Assembly: GCA_012295275.1 (NCBI GenBank)
Contig: CM022671.1
Coordinates: forward strand, 310,001 to 374,000
Direction: 5' to 3'
Source of the DNA: Chrysomallon squamiferum
Taxonomy: Eukaryota; Animalia; Mollusca
DNA length: 64,000 nt
Numbering within the stretch: position 1 is the first letter of the stretch; each line of letters starts with the position of its first letter. The notes beneath the pieces were generated by a model. It was not told the DNA's origin. It saw only the letters and a program-made list of their open reading frames with translations, and made no database searches. Below are positions 44,518-58,193 of the stretch, in pieces. The position numbers were made by a program, and so were the translations under genes.

Positions 44518-47500
44518 TCTGTGAATGATTTGGTGTCATAAATTCATAAGAAAAAAGTAAAATGGCAACTTCCTATTATTTAATATATTAATGGAATGAT
44601 TTTTTTTAGAGAAAACTTTTATTTTTAATACAAAAATAAACTAAAACAGATTTTTATTACCTTGACCTTTGACCTGAATATTTTAATTGCTTGGACATCC
44701 ACTATGTGCTACTGAACTTTTGGTAAAACCTATCAGAGCTATCAGATAAGAAAACTGAAGCAAAGTTCTGAAACCTATTCACAATATGCAGAAAATCCTA
44801 TTGAATGAATTATTATTATTTTACTTCTTGTTTTATAATTTATATTAGCTCTCAACAGATTTCTCTGATCAGACAAAAAATATATGAATTAAAGCTAAGG
44901 ATTGGAATACAATTTTACTATTAAAAATAATCATAGCAGTTTATTTTTAAAAAATACTAAAATTATTACCATAGTCTCCACAGATGTATGAAATGGCTGC
45001 CTTCAAGTCAGGGTTGTCAGTGATGCTGTCTAGAACCTCTTTCACAGTCTGTTCAGTGTAGTTGAAGTAATCTCTGAACATGAATCGATAGATTCCATAT
45101 TTAACCAACATGGTGGCAAAATTGAGCGGCATGAATTTGATGACGTATGGTGCTAACGCTTTCTTTACCACTTTCTGCAAAACGTTTTAATTATTATTTA
45201 TTATTAATGGGGTTTTATTTTTGGGAGTGTGGGTTAAATATATGTTTCAAAAAAAAGGTTACTTAATGACAAACATACCATCATTATTGTCTGGAATTTT
45301 TCCACATCTGCTTTGTTATCTGGAAACAACTTCTTCAGCTGCTCAAAATACTCATCATTTGGACCAGATTTCATTGGAAATTTTTTCACTTTTCCATTCT
45401 CACCTAAAACTACCTGAACAAAAATAAAAAAATGTTGAACTAGTTATCTTCCTTCATTTCTCATGTGTGTGATAAAATAACATTATCAGTCATTAACTAA
45501 TTTATAATAATCATGTTCCTATATACTGTTTATATGTTAAATATTTCTTAGAATTTAATTTTTTTAGTTAATTTATCAGAATTAATCTTTAACGACTTTT
45601 GTTCCATATTTTATCTGTTTATGTTATCATGTGAAATTCTTTCTACTTAGCCATGATGTACAGAATATGAGAGATTCAGTTCATTATAGTAGGGTTTTGT
45701 TTAATTTATATTTTTGTGGCATTTATTATTTGCTTTTTGCTTCTCTTTTTGGTTGTTGTTGTTGTTGTTTTAGTTAATTCAAAAGTTTTTCCCAATATAT
45801 CAAACTATTTATTGTTTTCTCTTTTTTCTAACCATAATTTACAAGATCTCAGTTTTGGATTTCTGTAATTATAGTTTTAATTCAGTAATCATGGTCTAAA
45901 AGAACGTTTGTACTAATTACTAGTATCATTAACATCACTATATTTATAAACATCATTATTATTATTACTATTATTTGTAGTATTACCATTATTATTATTA
46001 TCATCATCATCATCATCATCATTATCATTATTATCATCATTATTATTATCATTATTATCATCATCATCATCATCATCATTACTATTATTATTTCTTTCCT
46101 TCTAATTGTTTGGTTCCCTGGCTAACATTATTAAATGATGGGGTTTATTTGTAGAAAATAATATTTTTTTTCTTTACCTCATCATATTCCTCATCCATTG
46201 GTACCCACTCCACTTGCCCTTCTGTCAGCTGATCCATCAAGACTGAGGACCAACTCTTCCCATCCATCTCTCCCACATAGTGGATTCCTTTAAAATATTC
46301 AGAGATATTTTAATACATTTTAGCATTAACAGTTCATATTAACAATAATTATTATTCTAGTATATGTTAGTCTATAACATTGATGAGACAAAAATGTTAC
46401 TAGTCACTACATTATCACTAATTAGCAACAAAGGATCTTTTTTTATGAAGTCTCCCATAGGCAGGAAAGCACATACCTGAGACTTTAGTAAATCAGTCAC
46501 TGGAACATGCTAGAAATAGCCTAGTGTACAGACTGTATTTCATATTCTGAACAAAAAATATAAACTCTCTCTAATTTATTTTACAATAATTTAGTAATTT
46601 TTTTATAAAATGTACATAAAAAAGGTTTTCTTATATATAGTCATAGCTGTATTCATTAAACTTTTAAAACTGTAATAAAAAGAATGAAATGATAATGATG
46701 AAAAAGATGAAATATGAATAATATATATATATAATATATTTATTTCTTCTTTTTCTTTTTTCTTTCTTTAATTTTCAAGTCATTTTCTTAATTGTTGAGA
46801 TTTACCAGTGTTAAATTCATTTCAACCTACCAGTGTCAAATTCATTTCAACCTACCAGTGTCAAATTCAAATCCTTTCTCAGTAAATGTATGACAACATC
46901 CTCCAGCGACATCATGCTGTTCCAGAACAAGAACTTTTTTCCCAACCCGACTGAGTAACACTGCAGCTGACAAACCTCCAATACCACTTCCAATAACAAT
47001 GACATCAAGGTTGTCTGGAACCTTGGACTCCTTGAATCCTGAAATTAAAATATTGATAAACAATATGTGCAGAGTATCATCTCTTCAAATCCTAAATTCT
47101 CACATAAAAAGGCCAACACGCACGCACACATATACATACCTGTGCATATACAGTATTTCAGTATTGGTTGTGCTATTGTTGCTTATGCTTTGGACAATTA
47201 TCTGAGAAGATGGAAAATCAAGACATTCTCACTTCTATCTGTTATACAATCTAACTTAATGAAAAGGTCAAATAACCTAACTTATGGATTATTACGCTCA
47301 ATATTTTTTTATAAGGAAACAAATCACTTTTCAAAACAACTAACTCACTCACTGATTCATATCTACAGCAAAATACACAATAGCAACCAAAAATGTTGAC
47401 AAACTAATTAAGAACAAGTTTTTCAAAGTTAAGCCAGCAATAGTTTTTTTGTTGTTGTTGGGTTTTTTTGTTGTTTTTTAATTTTCTTGTTTTTTCTTGG

Positions 47501-48527
47501 GTTTTTTTTAATGCAGTTATTTATTCATTTGTTAATTATAAAAAATAATAATAACAAAAACATAATTTGGTTTAGCTAGTATATACTAAAAGAATAAGAT
47601 AGGTAGGAATAGGATCCAATTCTATAAGACATCTGAATCATTGATTTCCCATCGCCTGTTCATGGCAAACTGTAGAGATTGATTTCATTGTTTTTAATCT
47701 TAATTATATATTATTTATTTATTTAATGTACTATTGTTAAAAATTTAATTAAATTTTAAGTTTCATTATTTTTCATTTATTTATTTACTTATTATTTTAT
47801 AATTTAATTTTTTTTTTAATTATTATTATTTTATTTAAAAAAAATTCTATTTATTTTATTTTGATTTTATTTTGATTTTATTTTTGATTTTGATTTTAAT
47901 TTCTGTTGATCTGTTTACAGAGATTTGCTGATATAAAAAATCTAACTTGATGAGGCAAAGAACAATGCAGTGTTTCTATGTTGATGAATACATTATTTTA
48001 TTAACACTGTAAAATTAATCTGAGCATGTGTTTAATCAAAATATGTAACACTTCACTATTTTTCTATTTTTGCAATTTTTTTAAACAAATTATTTCCTTT
48101 TATTTATTTTTTTTTTTTTTTTTCGGTTTTACGATTATATGTCAGTTATTTAGAAGAAATCAAAGTTCCAGTTAAGTTCTTGGAACTAAATTACACGTGC
48201 TTTCAAACAGATTACTTCAAAAACTTGAAAATCTTTTGAAGGTTTATTTTTCTCCCTCTCATTTTTAATCACGTAAGTTTACATATTAATATATGTGTAT
48301 TTTACAATAAATGAACCGAACTCACTCTGTTTTAAAACTTCATCTCTGGCTTTTTTGTCAACGATCAATCGTGTTCTGGGTCTGACGAACTGTTCACCAA
48401 AAACCTGTAAAGTTGGTTTTTGTGCACCACGATTTTTCACCAAAAAAATGAAAACCCCGCAAGCCACTAACCCACCGAAAATATAACTGTGTTCAACTAT
48501 AAAGTTTGAAGCTAATTCCACAATCAT
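40660..48527 (-). CDS. RETSAT: Retinol saturase-like, paralogue B, 12 exons, ~624 aa. Exons 48527-48326, 47038-46856, 46287-46178, 45413-45279, 45174-44970, 44104-43907, 43371-43252, 42967-42847, 42401-42271, 41976-41810, 41414-41255, 40802-40660
   Basis: Same motifs as paralogue A; exons 2-12 have the same lengths as in A (183,110,135,205,198,120,121,131,167,160,143 nt); GT/AG junctions in phase. Confidence 0.93.
46415..46520 (-). mobile_element. Degenerate SINE fragment (Nin-domain-like) in a RETSAT-B intron
   Basis: attagcaacaaaggatcttttttatg...cataggcaggaaagcacatacc; the same core occurs at ~4940 (attagcagcaaggattcttttat) and ~52908 (acagcaagggatcttttat), and reversed at ~59225 (aaataaagaatttcttgctgct). 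Family name is from memory. Confidence 0.45.
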
Positions 48528-48811
48528 CTTTCCTCCTGGCACTTCTTTTCTGATGTAACGAAAAATGGTAAAATAGTAATAGAGGAATAAGAAAGTAAAG
48601 GGGAAACCCCCCCTTTTTTTCTTCCTGTACACTAGTATTTAATTCATTGGTTTGCTGCTCGCGCCCTTCGTGAGTTTCCGTGAATGAGTTTAAATTAGAA
48701 TAGTCTGTCCTACCACAAAACTCTTTTTGATTCTGAAACCACATTAAGTATAGGGTGTAAACAACATTTTGTTTTAATTTTGAGTATTTGCACACGAAAC
48801 ACAAAGTGAAT
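48528..48811. promoter_or_regulatory. Bidirectional promoter between RETSAT-B and FBXW8
   Basis: Divergent start codons only 284 bp apart; small CpG cluster (ctcgcgcccttcgtg) and attgg (CCAAT) within. Confidence 0.75.
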
Positions 48812-51234
48812 ATGGCAGATGACTCTGAGCTAGAAACATTTAGATTACAATGGAAAAAAGAACTGTCTTCCCAAAATTCGGATCATGAGAGTACATATTC
48901 AAATACGGAAGAGAAATATGTAGCAGACCAAACGTTTCAACATCCAGAGCATTATCAGCATGACCCCGTTCCCGATAAAGTTGAAATAAAACATACATTA
49001 CCGTTGACAAATAATATTTCACAAAGAGGGACACTGCCATCAGACTTTGACACATATAGCTGTTGTGTTCAGTGTGGTAAAATAAGAAATAAGCAAATAC
49101 AAAATAATTCTTCTGACGTGATATTCTCTCAAACTGTATCAGAACAAAACATTTCCAGTGATCAGGTTTATTACCCGTTTGCATTACTGGACAAATTTCT
49201 AAAGGATGGCACAGAATGTCATAATGATACATCAATTAAAGCAAGTACAGTAAAGAAAAGAAAATACTTTGAGACTCATGAACCATTAGTGAATGATACT
49301 GTCAAATATTCAAGACTTTCACAAGACCAAAGTACAGTCTGTACATGTACACAGAAAAATACAGTTAACAAAAAACAACATTTAAATCAACAAATGACTA
49401 AAGAAAGTTATCTGGATATTTTCATTGCAGATCTGGTATGTCTTACTAATAGAGAATTAATTGACTTTTAGAACTGTTATTTCTAACTGTCCAACTTTTT
49501 CAGAGTATACTATCATTTATATTCACAAACATAACTATACACATTCTGTCAAGCACAGCCTGTCTATTTCTCTGGCACAGAACTGTTTCGATTACCTTGC
49601 ACAGTTATGTACTTACACAGTTGTATTTCATTGTTGTTTTTCTTTTATTATTATTTTATTATTGTTATTATTAATTAATTTAAATAAGTATATAACCAAA
49701 CTGCATTCACTTGAGACCAACAAGATATGCCACTGAAGTCAGAGTGCTGGTTTATAAAGATTAAAATAAAATAAAATTGGACATGATTTATTAACAATGT
49801 TACAGTTAAACATCTGTCAAGTGTCAGCAGAGAAATCGTCTGTCACTGACACTACATTTATTTATTTATTAATTTGTTTATTTATTTATTTATTTTTGAA
49901 GTTTTGCATATTGTATTTTTTCAGGATGAAATTACTGAAATCCCGTTCTTTGACACCACAGTACCACGGGAACTGGGGATAAAAATATTTCGTCATCTTG
50001 GCATGAAAGATTTATGTAGATGTTCACAGGTCAGACACCTTTAATTCAATTGTAACCATAGCTACAGCAGTTGTAGCAGTTGATGCATGAGTTATAATCT
50101 TAACTATAGTTTTTGTTACATGACTGATTGGTGCTTGATTGTTTCAGGTGGTAAAATTGATTATTATTTGACCTAATAGAAGTAACAGTACAACAGATGA
50201 AAAAGATCTATCATCAGCCAAGAATTTTGTAGAAACAAAAAAAAAACATTTGAACAACAAAATAATAGGAGAAATAAAATTAACAAAGGAGTAAAATATA
50301 AAGTGAAGATTAATATAACAATATGTCAGAAACTGACTTATTATTCAGAGTGATTACATAATCTGATAATCCATGTTTTAAAAATCTTAAGAACTATTAC
50401 TGAAGAAATTAAACAATAACAAAAAAGAGTGTTTTCCTATGCATGAAACATTAGTTCTATAATTATGGATACATCTGTACCATTTAATTTGTATATTTAT
50501 GAATTTATTTAATGTCTCCCTTAGAAAGAAACCCTGAGTGCCACACACACACACACACACACACACATAAACGGTTTTATCTTTCTGACTGTAAAGAGAT
50601 GGTAGTTTTGTTTTTTATTAAATGTAGGTGAGTAAAAGCTGGTTGAGCTTATCTGAAGATGATCTGCTGTGGAAAAAAATCTGTGTAAATCTTGGATATG
50701 AGAAAAATCTTTGTCTTGAAACAACTACAAACTGGAAACAAATTGTCCGAGATTACGTAAGAAAGAAAAAGACTTTGATATCAAACTGGAAGGTAAAATA
50801 CATAAGTTTCTTCTTCATTAATTTTGTTTTATTCTTGTTTTGTTGGTGTTTTATTTCTTTCTTTTTTTGTTATTGTTGCTGTTCTTGTCGTTGTTGCTGT
50901 TGCTGTTGTTTTCTTGTTTTTTTTTCCTTTTTTCCTTTTTTAACTTATTATCGCAGACAGAACAAGACATTATATTACAGAGGCTTATGGAATAATTTTG
51001 TATTTTATTTTAACTTTAGTTATTATAAATTCAGTTAAAAGAGCATTATTTATCAAAGAAATATTTTTAAATATTTTATTTATGTGCTGTGTGAAATGTT
51101 TTCAAAGACTGAGCCATTTTACAAATTCTGAGAAATCGACCTTAGTAATTATTATGCATTTTGTTGTAGATAATTTTTTAATTATTATTATTTGGTCTTT
51201 GTTTATTTATTCATTGTTTTTTTTTTATGTTTCA

Positions 51235-51274
<40 letters not shown>

Positions 51275-53619
51275 TTTAGGTTATATAAATGAGAACACAG
51301 AGGTAGATTAAATATGACAATAACCTGTACAAATTAAAGAATGATAAAATGAAATATTAATTAATAAAAGAAAACAAAAAAACAAAAGCAACTATAGACT
51401 TAACTGCAAAGTTTTTAAAAGATGTTTTAAATTAATTGCAGGGTCGACTTGGAAAGATAACCAAACTTGAACATCCACAAGGTGGAGTTGTGTGTTCTGT
51501 TCATTCCTGTAACAATTACATTGCAGCAGGGTGAGTGAATAAGAAACTATTTATTATTACAATTATATTTTATTTACTGTTATTGTTACAATTACCATTA
51601 TTATTATCATCATCATCATCACTATCAACAGTAGTTGTAGTAGCAGTAATGTTGTTGTGTTTTTTCTCAGGTACAGTAATGGTCAAGTAAAACTGTGGGA
51701 GCTCAGTTCTGGCACTGATTGCACATTCCAACCCAGCAGCACAGCACTTGCCATTGATCAGACTCGGGAAGAAGGGACAATACACAACTACGTTCTTAAA
51801 GTCTGCACTTCCCACAAATACACAGCTGCAGCTTACAAACATGGTAGCCATTGTTGTCATGTTATTTTTTCTTTTTGTTCTTTTTTTTAATTTAATTTTT
51901 TTTATTATTTAAAAAAAGAAAAAAAATTACTTGGTTACATTATTAGTGTTCTGTCAATAGTTATGAAAACATTTTTCTTTCTTTTGACTTAAAAATATTT
52001 TGCAGTGTTTACTTTGATGGAAATAATATTAAACCCAGCAAGCACACCAAAGATGGTCATTGCTGTGGAGATTGTAAATAATATGTGTACATGGGAGGGA
52101 ACATGTCACAAGTATCATGGATTGTAAATTCAGTTTTCTTTGGCATGCTTACTGGGTTTTTTCCCATTCCAACTTTACTTCATTACCAGACTCAGGTAAT
52201 TCAGTAGTGTTGAGTTTTATATAATGTCAAATAGACAAGTACAAAATTTTAGAACAATTACAAATCCATACAGAATTCTACGTCTGATGATGTGAACTAT
52301 AAAAAGTTATGGTTAATGAATCATTAACTAAAATATTTCCTCCATTATTTTGAAAAGGCTTTTAAATTATAAAAATAACCCAATTTGTGTGATATGAGCT
52401 AATATTAAGTTTAAAAAAATGTATAGATGTACTGAAATGTTAAAGCTGTGTTTGATGTCATACATTATGCACCTTGCATCCATCTTCTTCTTTTTTTTCT
52501 TAATGATAAGTAGCTTTTTTATTTATATTAATAGGTTTTGTTATCTCTTTTCATAGGTTTTGTAGATATCTGGGACAATTTATATGGTACGACTGCCATA
52601 AAGACTATACAGTGCGAAGGTAACTGGCAAATCTCAGGCTTGGAGATGATGAAAAGGCAGCCATGGCTTGCACTATCGCAGGGTTACTATGTACAGATCC
52701 ATCACCATGGTAACAGTGACACAAGAGAGCAGCCATGTTTTGTAATGAAACATAAGTTAGATTTAAACCAAATGGTATCTTTTTCTTTTATTTTTTTTAA
52801 TTTTTATTTATTTATTTACATATTTTTAAAAAATAATAACCAAAATAATTATCAGATAACAACAGGGTTCTTTTATCAGTTAACAGCAAGTAATCATGTG
52901 TCAGACCACAGCAAGGGATCTTTTATCAGAGAACAGCATGCACTCTTTTACATTCTTAGAAACTAATTATAGGGATCCTGACTGGAACTGGAAATAATAT
53001 AGATACATTCTGCAGTTCATAAAACATTTAAGTCAGTAGAATACATCACTGAAATACATCCTGCCAAGAAAACAGAAGAGGCACACATCAGTTTTCAAAC
53101 AGTTTTAAAAAAGAATACAATTATTACAATGATTTCATTAAAAAAAATATATATTTTATTTATATCTGCAGGTGAAGCACATAAAATGGCTGCAGAGTCC
53201 AAACCATCAGAACAGTGAGCAGAGTGTGCTGGCTGTGTCTACAGGCAACATTGTGAATGTGTACTCACCTGATGAAAACCACTGTCCAGGCACAGAACTT
53301 CACAATCTTTACAATGCTCCTATCAGCTGCATTGATTTGAAATCTGACCCTGCTTACCTGGCTGTAGGGTGTGGACTTTATGGAGGACCTTCAGAAAGTT
53401 TCAGAGTAAATACTGACTTTTATTTAATGTCGTGTTAATATATACTAATGTAAATATATATACTTCAGAAAGTTTCAGAGTAAATGCTGACTTTTATTTA
53501 ATGTCATGTTAATATATACTAATGTAAATATATATACTTCAGAAAGTTTTAGAGTAAATATGATTTTTATTTAATGTTATGTTAATATATACTAATGTAA
53601 ATATATATACTTGTGATTC

Positions 53620-53657
<38 letters not shown>

Positions 53658-56600
53658 ATAGATTTTATAGTATTTTACAGTAGAGCTTCACAGTTTCAGA
53701 ATACATGTGTTATACATTGTTTAATTCAGCTTCTGCATGTTTATAAATATAAACTAATAAGTATTGGTGTGTATGTGTGTGTTTATTTAGATAAACAGAT
53801 AGACAGATTTGATGTGCAGGCTATCAAAACATTTCTGAATAATTTTACAGTTTATAAATATACACATATTTGTATGTAAATATATTAATTAGTGTGCATT
53901 TTTATATTCATATATAGGTGAATAAATGTTTTACATGATATCAAAAGTTAATAATTATCAGTCAGTGAATTTTTATTATTTTTTCTTTTTTTGGTAATTA
54001 CATGCTTGTTTGTGTGTGTGTTTAAAAATTATGAAAACTGTGACATTTAATGTACAAGTAAAGAGATAAATGGCAGAATGGGAAAAATAAATTAAAACAC
54101 TGGACTGATGTTTTTTTAGGCTATTTCACCTTCTGCCATTATTTGCCAACCTAAGTTTTAAAAGAAGTGTTGTCACTCACTGGATGTAAACAATACTTTA
54201 TACAAGTCAGTGAAATTTCACCTACAAAATGTTTTGTCTGCACATTTCCTGCCTAACCTCATTATTATTATATGAACATTTTAATTGTTTATTGTGAATT
54301 AATAATCTTTGTACTGTGGTATTGATTAATATTACAGGTCAAAGTGTATGACCTGAATTCTAAACAACTGCTTTCTACACTTCAAGGCCATACATGGATC
54401 ATCACCTGTCTAAATTTAGCTGACAGTCCGCCATATTGTTTGGTTACTGGAAATGGTGATCGAAGGTTTGTTTAGTTCTTTTATTTTATTTTTTTTTTTA
54501 TGTAGCAGTTAATTAGTTACTTTAATTATCTTTTTAGTTTTAATATTTTATTGTTATTATTATATTTTTGTAACATTTATTTATACTTATTATAATTAAA
54601 TTTAAATTTATTTTTAAAATTTTTAATAATTAAAATTAAACATAAAAAGATTATTAATAATGTTTATCTTGAAATACACAAATGATCTTTTTTGTCTTAA
54701 AACAGTTTGCTGTGATAAACTGATGAAGAAATCAAAAAAAAAAGTCATCTCTATATTCATTTATCTGTTTCTCTTGTTTTATGATTACTGCCTCAAAATA
54801 TAAAACCCTTCTGAATTAGAATTTTATTTTTATGTTCTTTACATTAAAAAAAGGAAAGAGATATTTTTTTTCTTTTTCTTTTTTAACTTCTGTTTTATTA
54901 CCATTGTTTAGAAAAAAGAAAAAGAAAAAATATTTTCCATGAGGAAGTTGTCATGAGGAGATAAGGCACTGATTAGAAATATATTTTTAGCGTAACAATA
55001 ACAGCCTGACTGATACATCACGTGTACAGGGAACTGTGCTCTTTCAGATAGACCCAAGAACAGATCAAAATGTTTAAGTTTGTTTACACACAATTAAATC
55101 AGACTGATATTGTTGTTCTATTTTTGAAGTTTTTGATTAAAGTGATCATTCTCTGTTACAGGCAGCATTGTAACTGACATAAAGTTGTTGTTGCTGCAGC
55201 TTATCTACATTGTTTTTTATTTTGTTGTTGTTTTGTTTTTGTTTTCTGGTTATGGTTATTTTAAAAATATATATTTTTTTATTTTTTTATTACTATTATT
55301 ATTATGTTACACTTTTTGTTTTAGTTTAAATTGTTTTAATTTTAGTTAATCCTTTTCTGTTGCTTGTTACTGTTTTTGATTCTCTTGTTGTGTTTTGTGT
55401 TTTGTCTTCATGAACCATTAATTAAAGAAATGTTTTTTTCCAGAGTGCGTATTTATGATCTTCGAAGCTCGGAATTCCCTGTTAACATTTTCACTGGTCA
55501 TTCAGCAAAGGTTTCAGCAGTTCAGATGGATGAATGGAAAGTAGTATCAGGAGATGAAGCTGGGTTTGTTTGTGTTTGGGATCAGAGAATGTCATCTAAA
55601 CTGTGGGAGTGGCATAACAGGTTGGTTTATTTATTTATTTGTTTGTTTGTTTGTTTGTTTGTGTGTTTGTTTGTTTGTTTGTTTGTTTATTTGATTATTT
55701 GATTGTTCATTTATTTGTTTGTTTCTTTGTTTAATCAAATTGTGCAAATGAAATTATCACAGAAGTTACTTTTATCAGTTCACAGCAAAGACTCTTTTAG
55801 ACTGACCTTTGACATACATGTATAGACACCAGGCCTGGTACGTAGAAGTTAACATGGGGGAGATACACGACTGGTGTCTCAAAGGTTGGATTTGCTCTGG
55901 GTGATCCAGGAACATGTCACCCCTGATGAAGTTAATGTCTCCTGGGTGTGCACAGGCACTCCTCACATCCCCCACATACAGGTCTTTATTAAACCACCCA
56001 TGTAATGTTTGGAATGGGATAAATAGTTTTGAAGGCAAAGCTGAGGAAAACATATTCTGTATTCTCTTATAATTACATGTTACATATTTCTCACAATGTC
56101 ATTTTGACCTGAACAAACATTAATCTCCTTCTTCAGAAAAAGAAAAATTTAAAAATTAAATAAATGATTCACTTACTTTTAGTTCTCATGTACCAAGCTA
56201 CATGATTTCAGGTTAAACTTTAAATTAACAATAGACAAAAAAACTATTCTCTCTGTGTATGTAGTTATTTATTACCATTTTAATTTAAATTAATGTCTTT
56301 TTGAAATTTATTTCCTTTTTGTAATTTTTTTTTTTTTTAATCAGGCAGGAGTTATTAGTTAATTTAAAAAAAAAAAAAATTTATTGCAAGAATACATTTA
56401 TGGTAACAAATAGTTATTTTTGTTGTTTTTGTTGGATTAATGGAAAACAAACTGTAATAGAGTTGTTTCCCTTGTTTGTATAAAGCGAATTTTTAAAATA
56501 AAAAAAATAATGATGGACATTATTGCCTTTCTTATCTGAACAGCTCTGAATTCTGGCTGATTAAGAAAGTCATTCTCTTTGACTTTCATCTGAATAGATT

Positions 56601-57981
56601 GTACATTTGATAAATCAGTTTACAACTCTTATCTTTTGAAGTTTGTTTCAGTTTAAAGTTAGTTCAAATACCTATTTTTTACTTAAAGAAAATATTTAGA
56701 GACATTCATGTTTTGTAATGAACTCATTAAAAGTGTCAGAGATCTTTTTTCTTCTTTTATTTTTTATTTTATTTTGTTTTATTTTTTATTTTTTATTTTT
56801 TATTTGTGATGTATGTTTGTAGCTTAAAATGTATATAAATTAATGAATTTTATTTATGTATTTATTTATTTAAGGGTTTCTTCATTTATTTAATTTTGTT
56901 TGTTTGTTTGTTTGTTTGTTTGTTTGTTTGTTTAGGCATGATCAATTCATTTGTGGGTTTTAGTTTGAAATTCCATATTTCCATAAAATATTTTATATCT
57001 TTAGTTTGCCATTCATTTTCCATGTTATGAAGAATAAAATATTCTTGCTGTTAAACTAAAAAGCATTTCTTTTTCTTTTATTTATTTCTTTCTTCTTCTT
57101 TTTTTTAATTTACTTTTTAAAATAATTTTTCTTGTTGTTGTTGTGTTTATTATAGTGGTATCATGTGTTGATGGTGATGATGGCATTTAAAAAAAAAAAA
57201 ATTGGTACTGTTGTTGTTGTCGCTGTTCATTCATTTATTTATTTATTTATTTATTTACCTGGTATCACAACAACTTTTGACTTGGATTTTCTGAACTGAA
57301 AACCATGGTACGTTGACTTACAAGTTTAATTCGTTCCATGACCGAGCTCGTAACTCAAATATATCAAATCAATTTTCGTACTGCCTAGCCATGTTGACTA
57401 CAGACACACTCGTGTTTTTCTTTGATTTCAATGGACATCATCCACTTCTTCTTCCTAGCACTCACTTTCTTAGAATCCATGGAAATTTGGCAAAATATTG
57501 CACAAAACACAAACACAAAACAACAGAGAATTTTCCACAACTTGCAACTCAAAGCAAAAAGCAACCAAGCGGCTGCTCATAACTCAGAAAACTCATAACT
57601 CAGAAAACTCAAAAGTTGGAAAACTCGTAACTCACAAAACTCATAAGTTGGAAAACTCGTAACTCGAGGTACCACTGTGTATATAATAGTTTATCTTCTT
57701 ATTCATCCGTACATCCTTCTTTTTTCTTTTTCTCCAGACATCCTGTGCAGTACAGCTGCTTTCATGAAGGAATGCTTACAGTTGGTAACGTTCCATATGA
57801 CAAGTTTCCAGACTTTGATTTTGAAACAATTCCCCATAGAAGGTAAACAATAATACATTAATTATTAATTTAAAATTTAAAATGTTTATATAGGTGCTAA
57901 TAATGTCAGTTTAGGATATCTACTCTTATTATTATTATTATTATCATTATTATTATTTTTATATCATTATCATTATCATTG

Positions 57982-58036
<55 letters not shown>

Positions 58037-58146
58037 CATTATCATTATTTATTATTATTTATTATTATTATTATTTTATTGTTATTATCATCATCATTAT
58101 TATTACTATTATTATTATTACTACTATTATTATTATTATTATTATT

Positions 58147-58193
<47 letters not shown>

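Noticed and set aside
55775-56053. 92-aa antisense ORF in FBXW8 intron 9
   Set aside because: No recognisable domain; looks like a non-coding interspersed repeat (gacctttgac-type motif)
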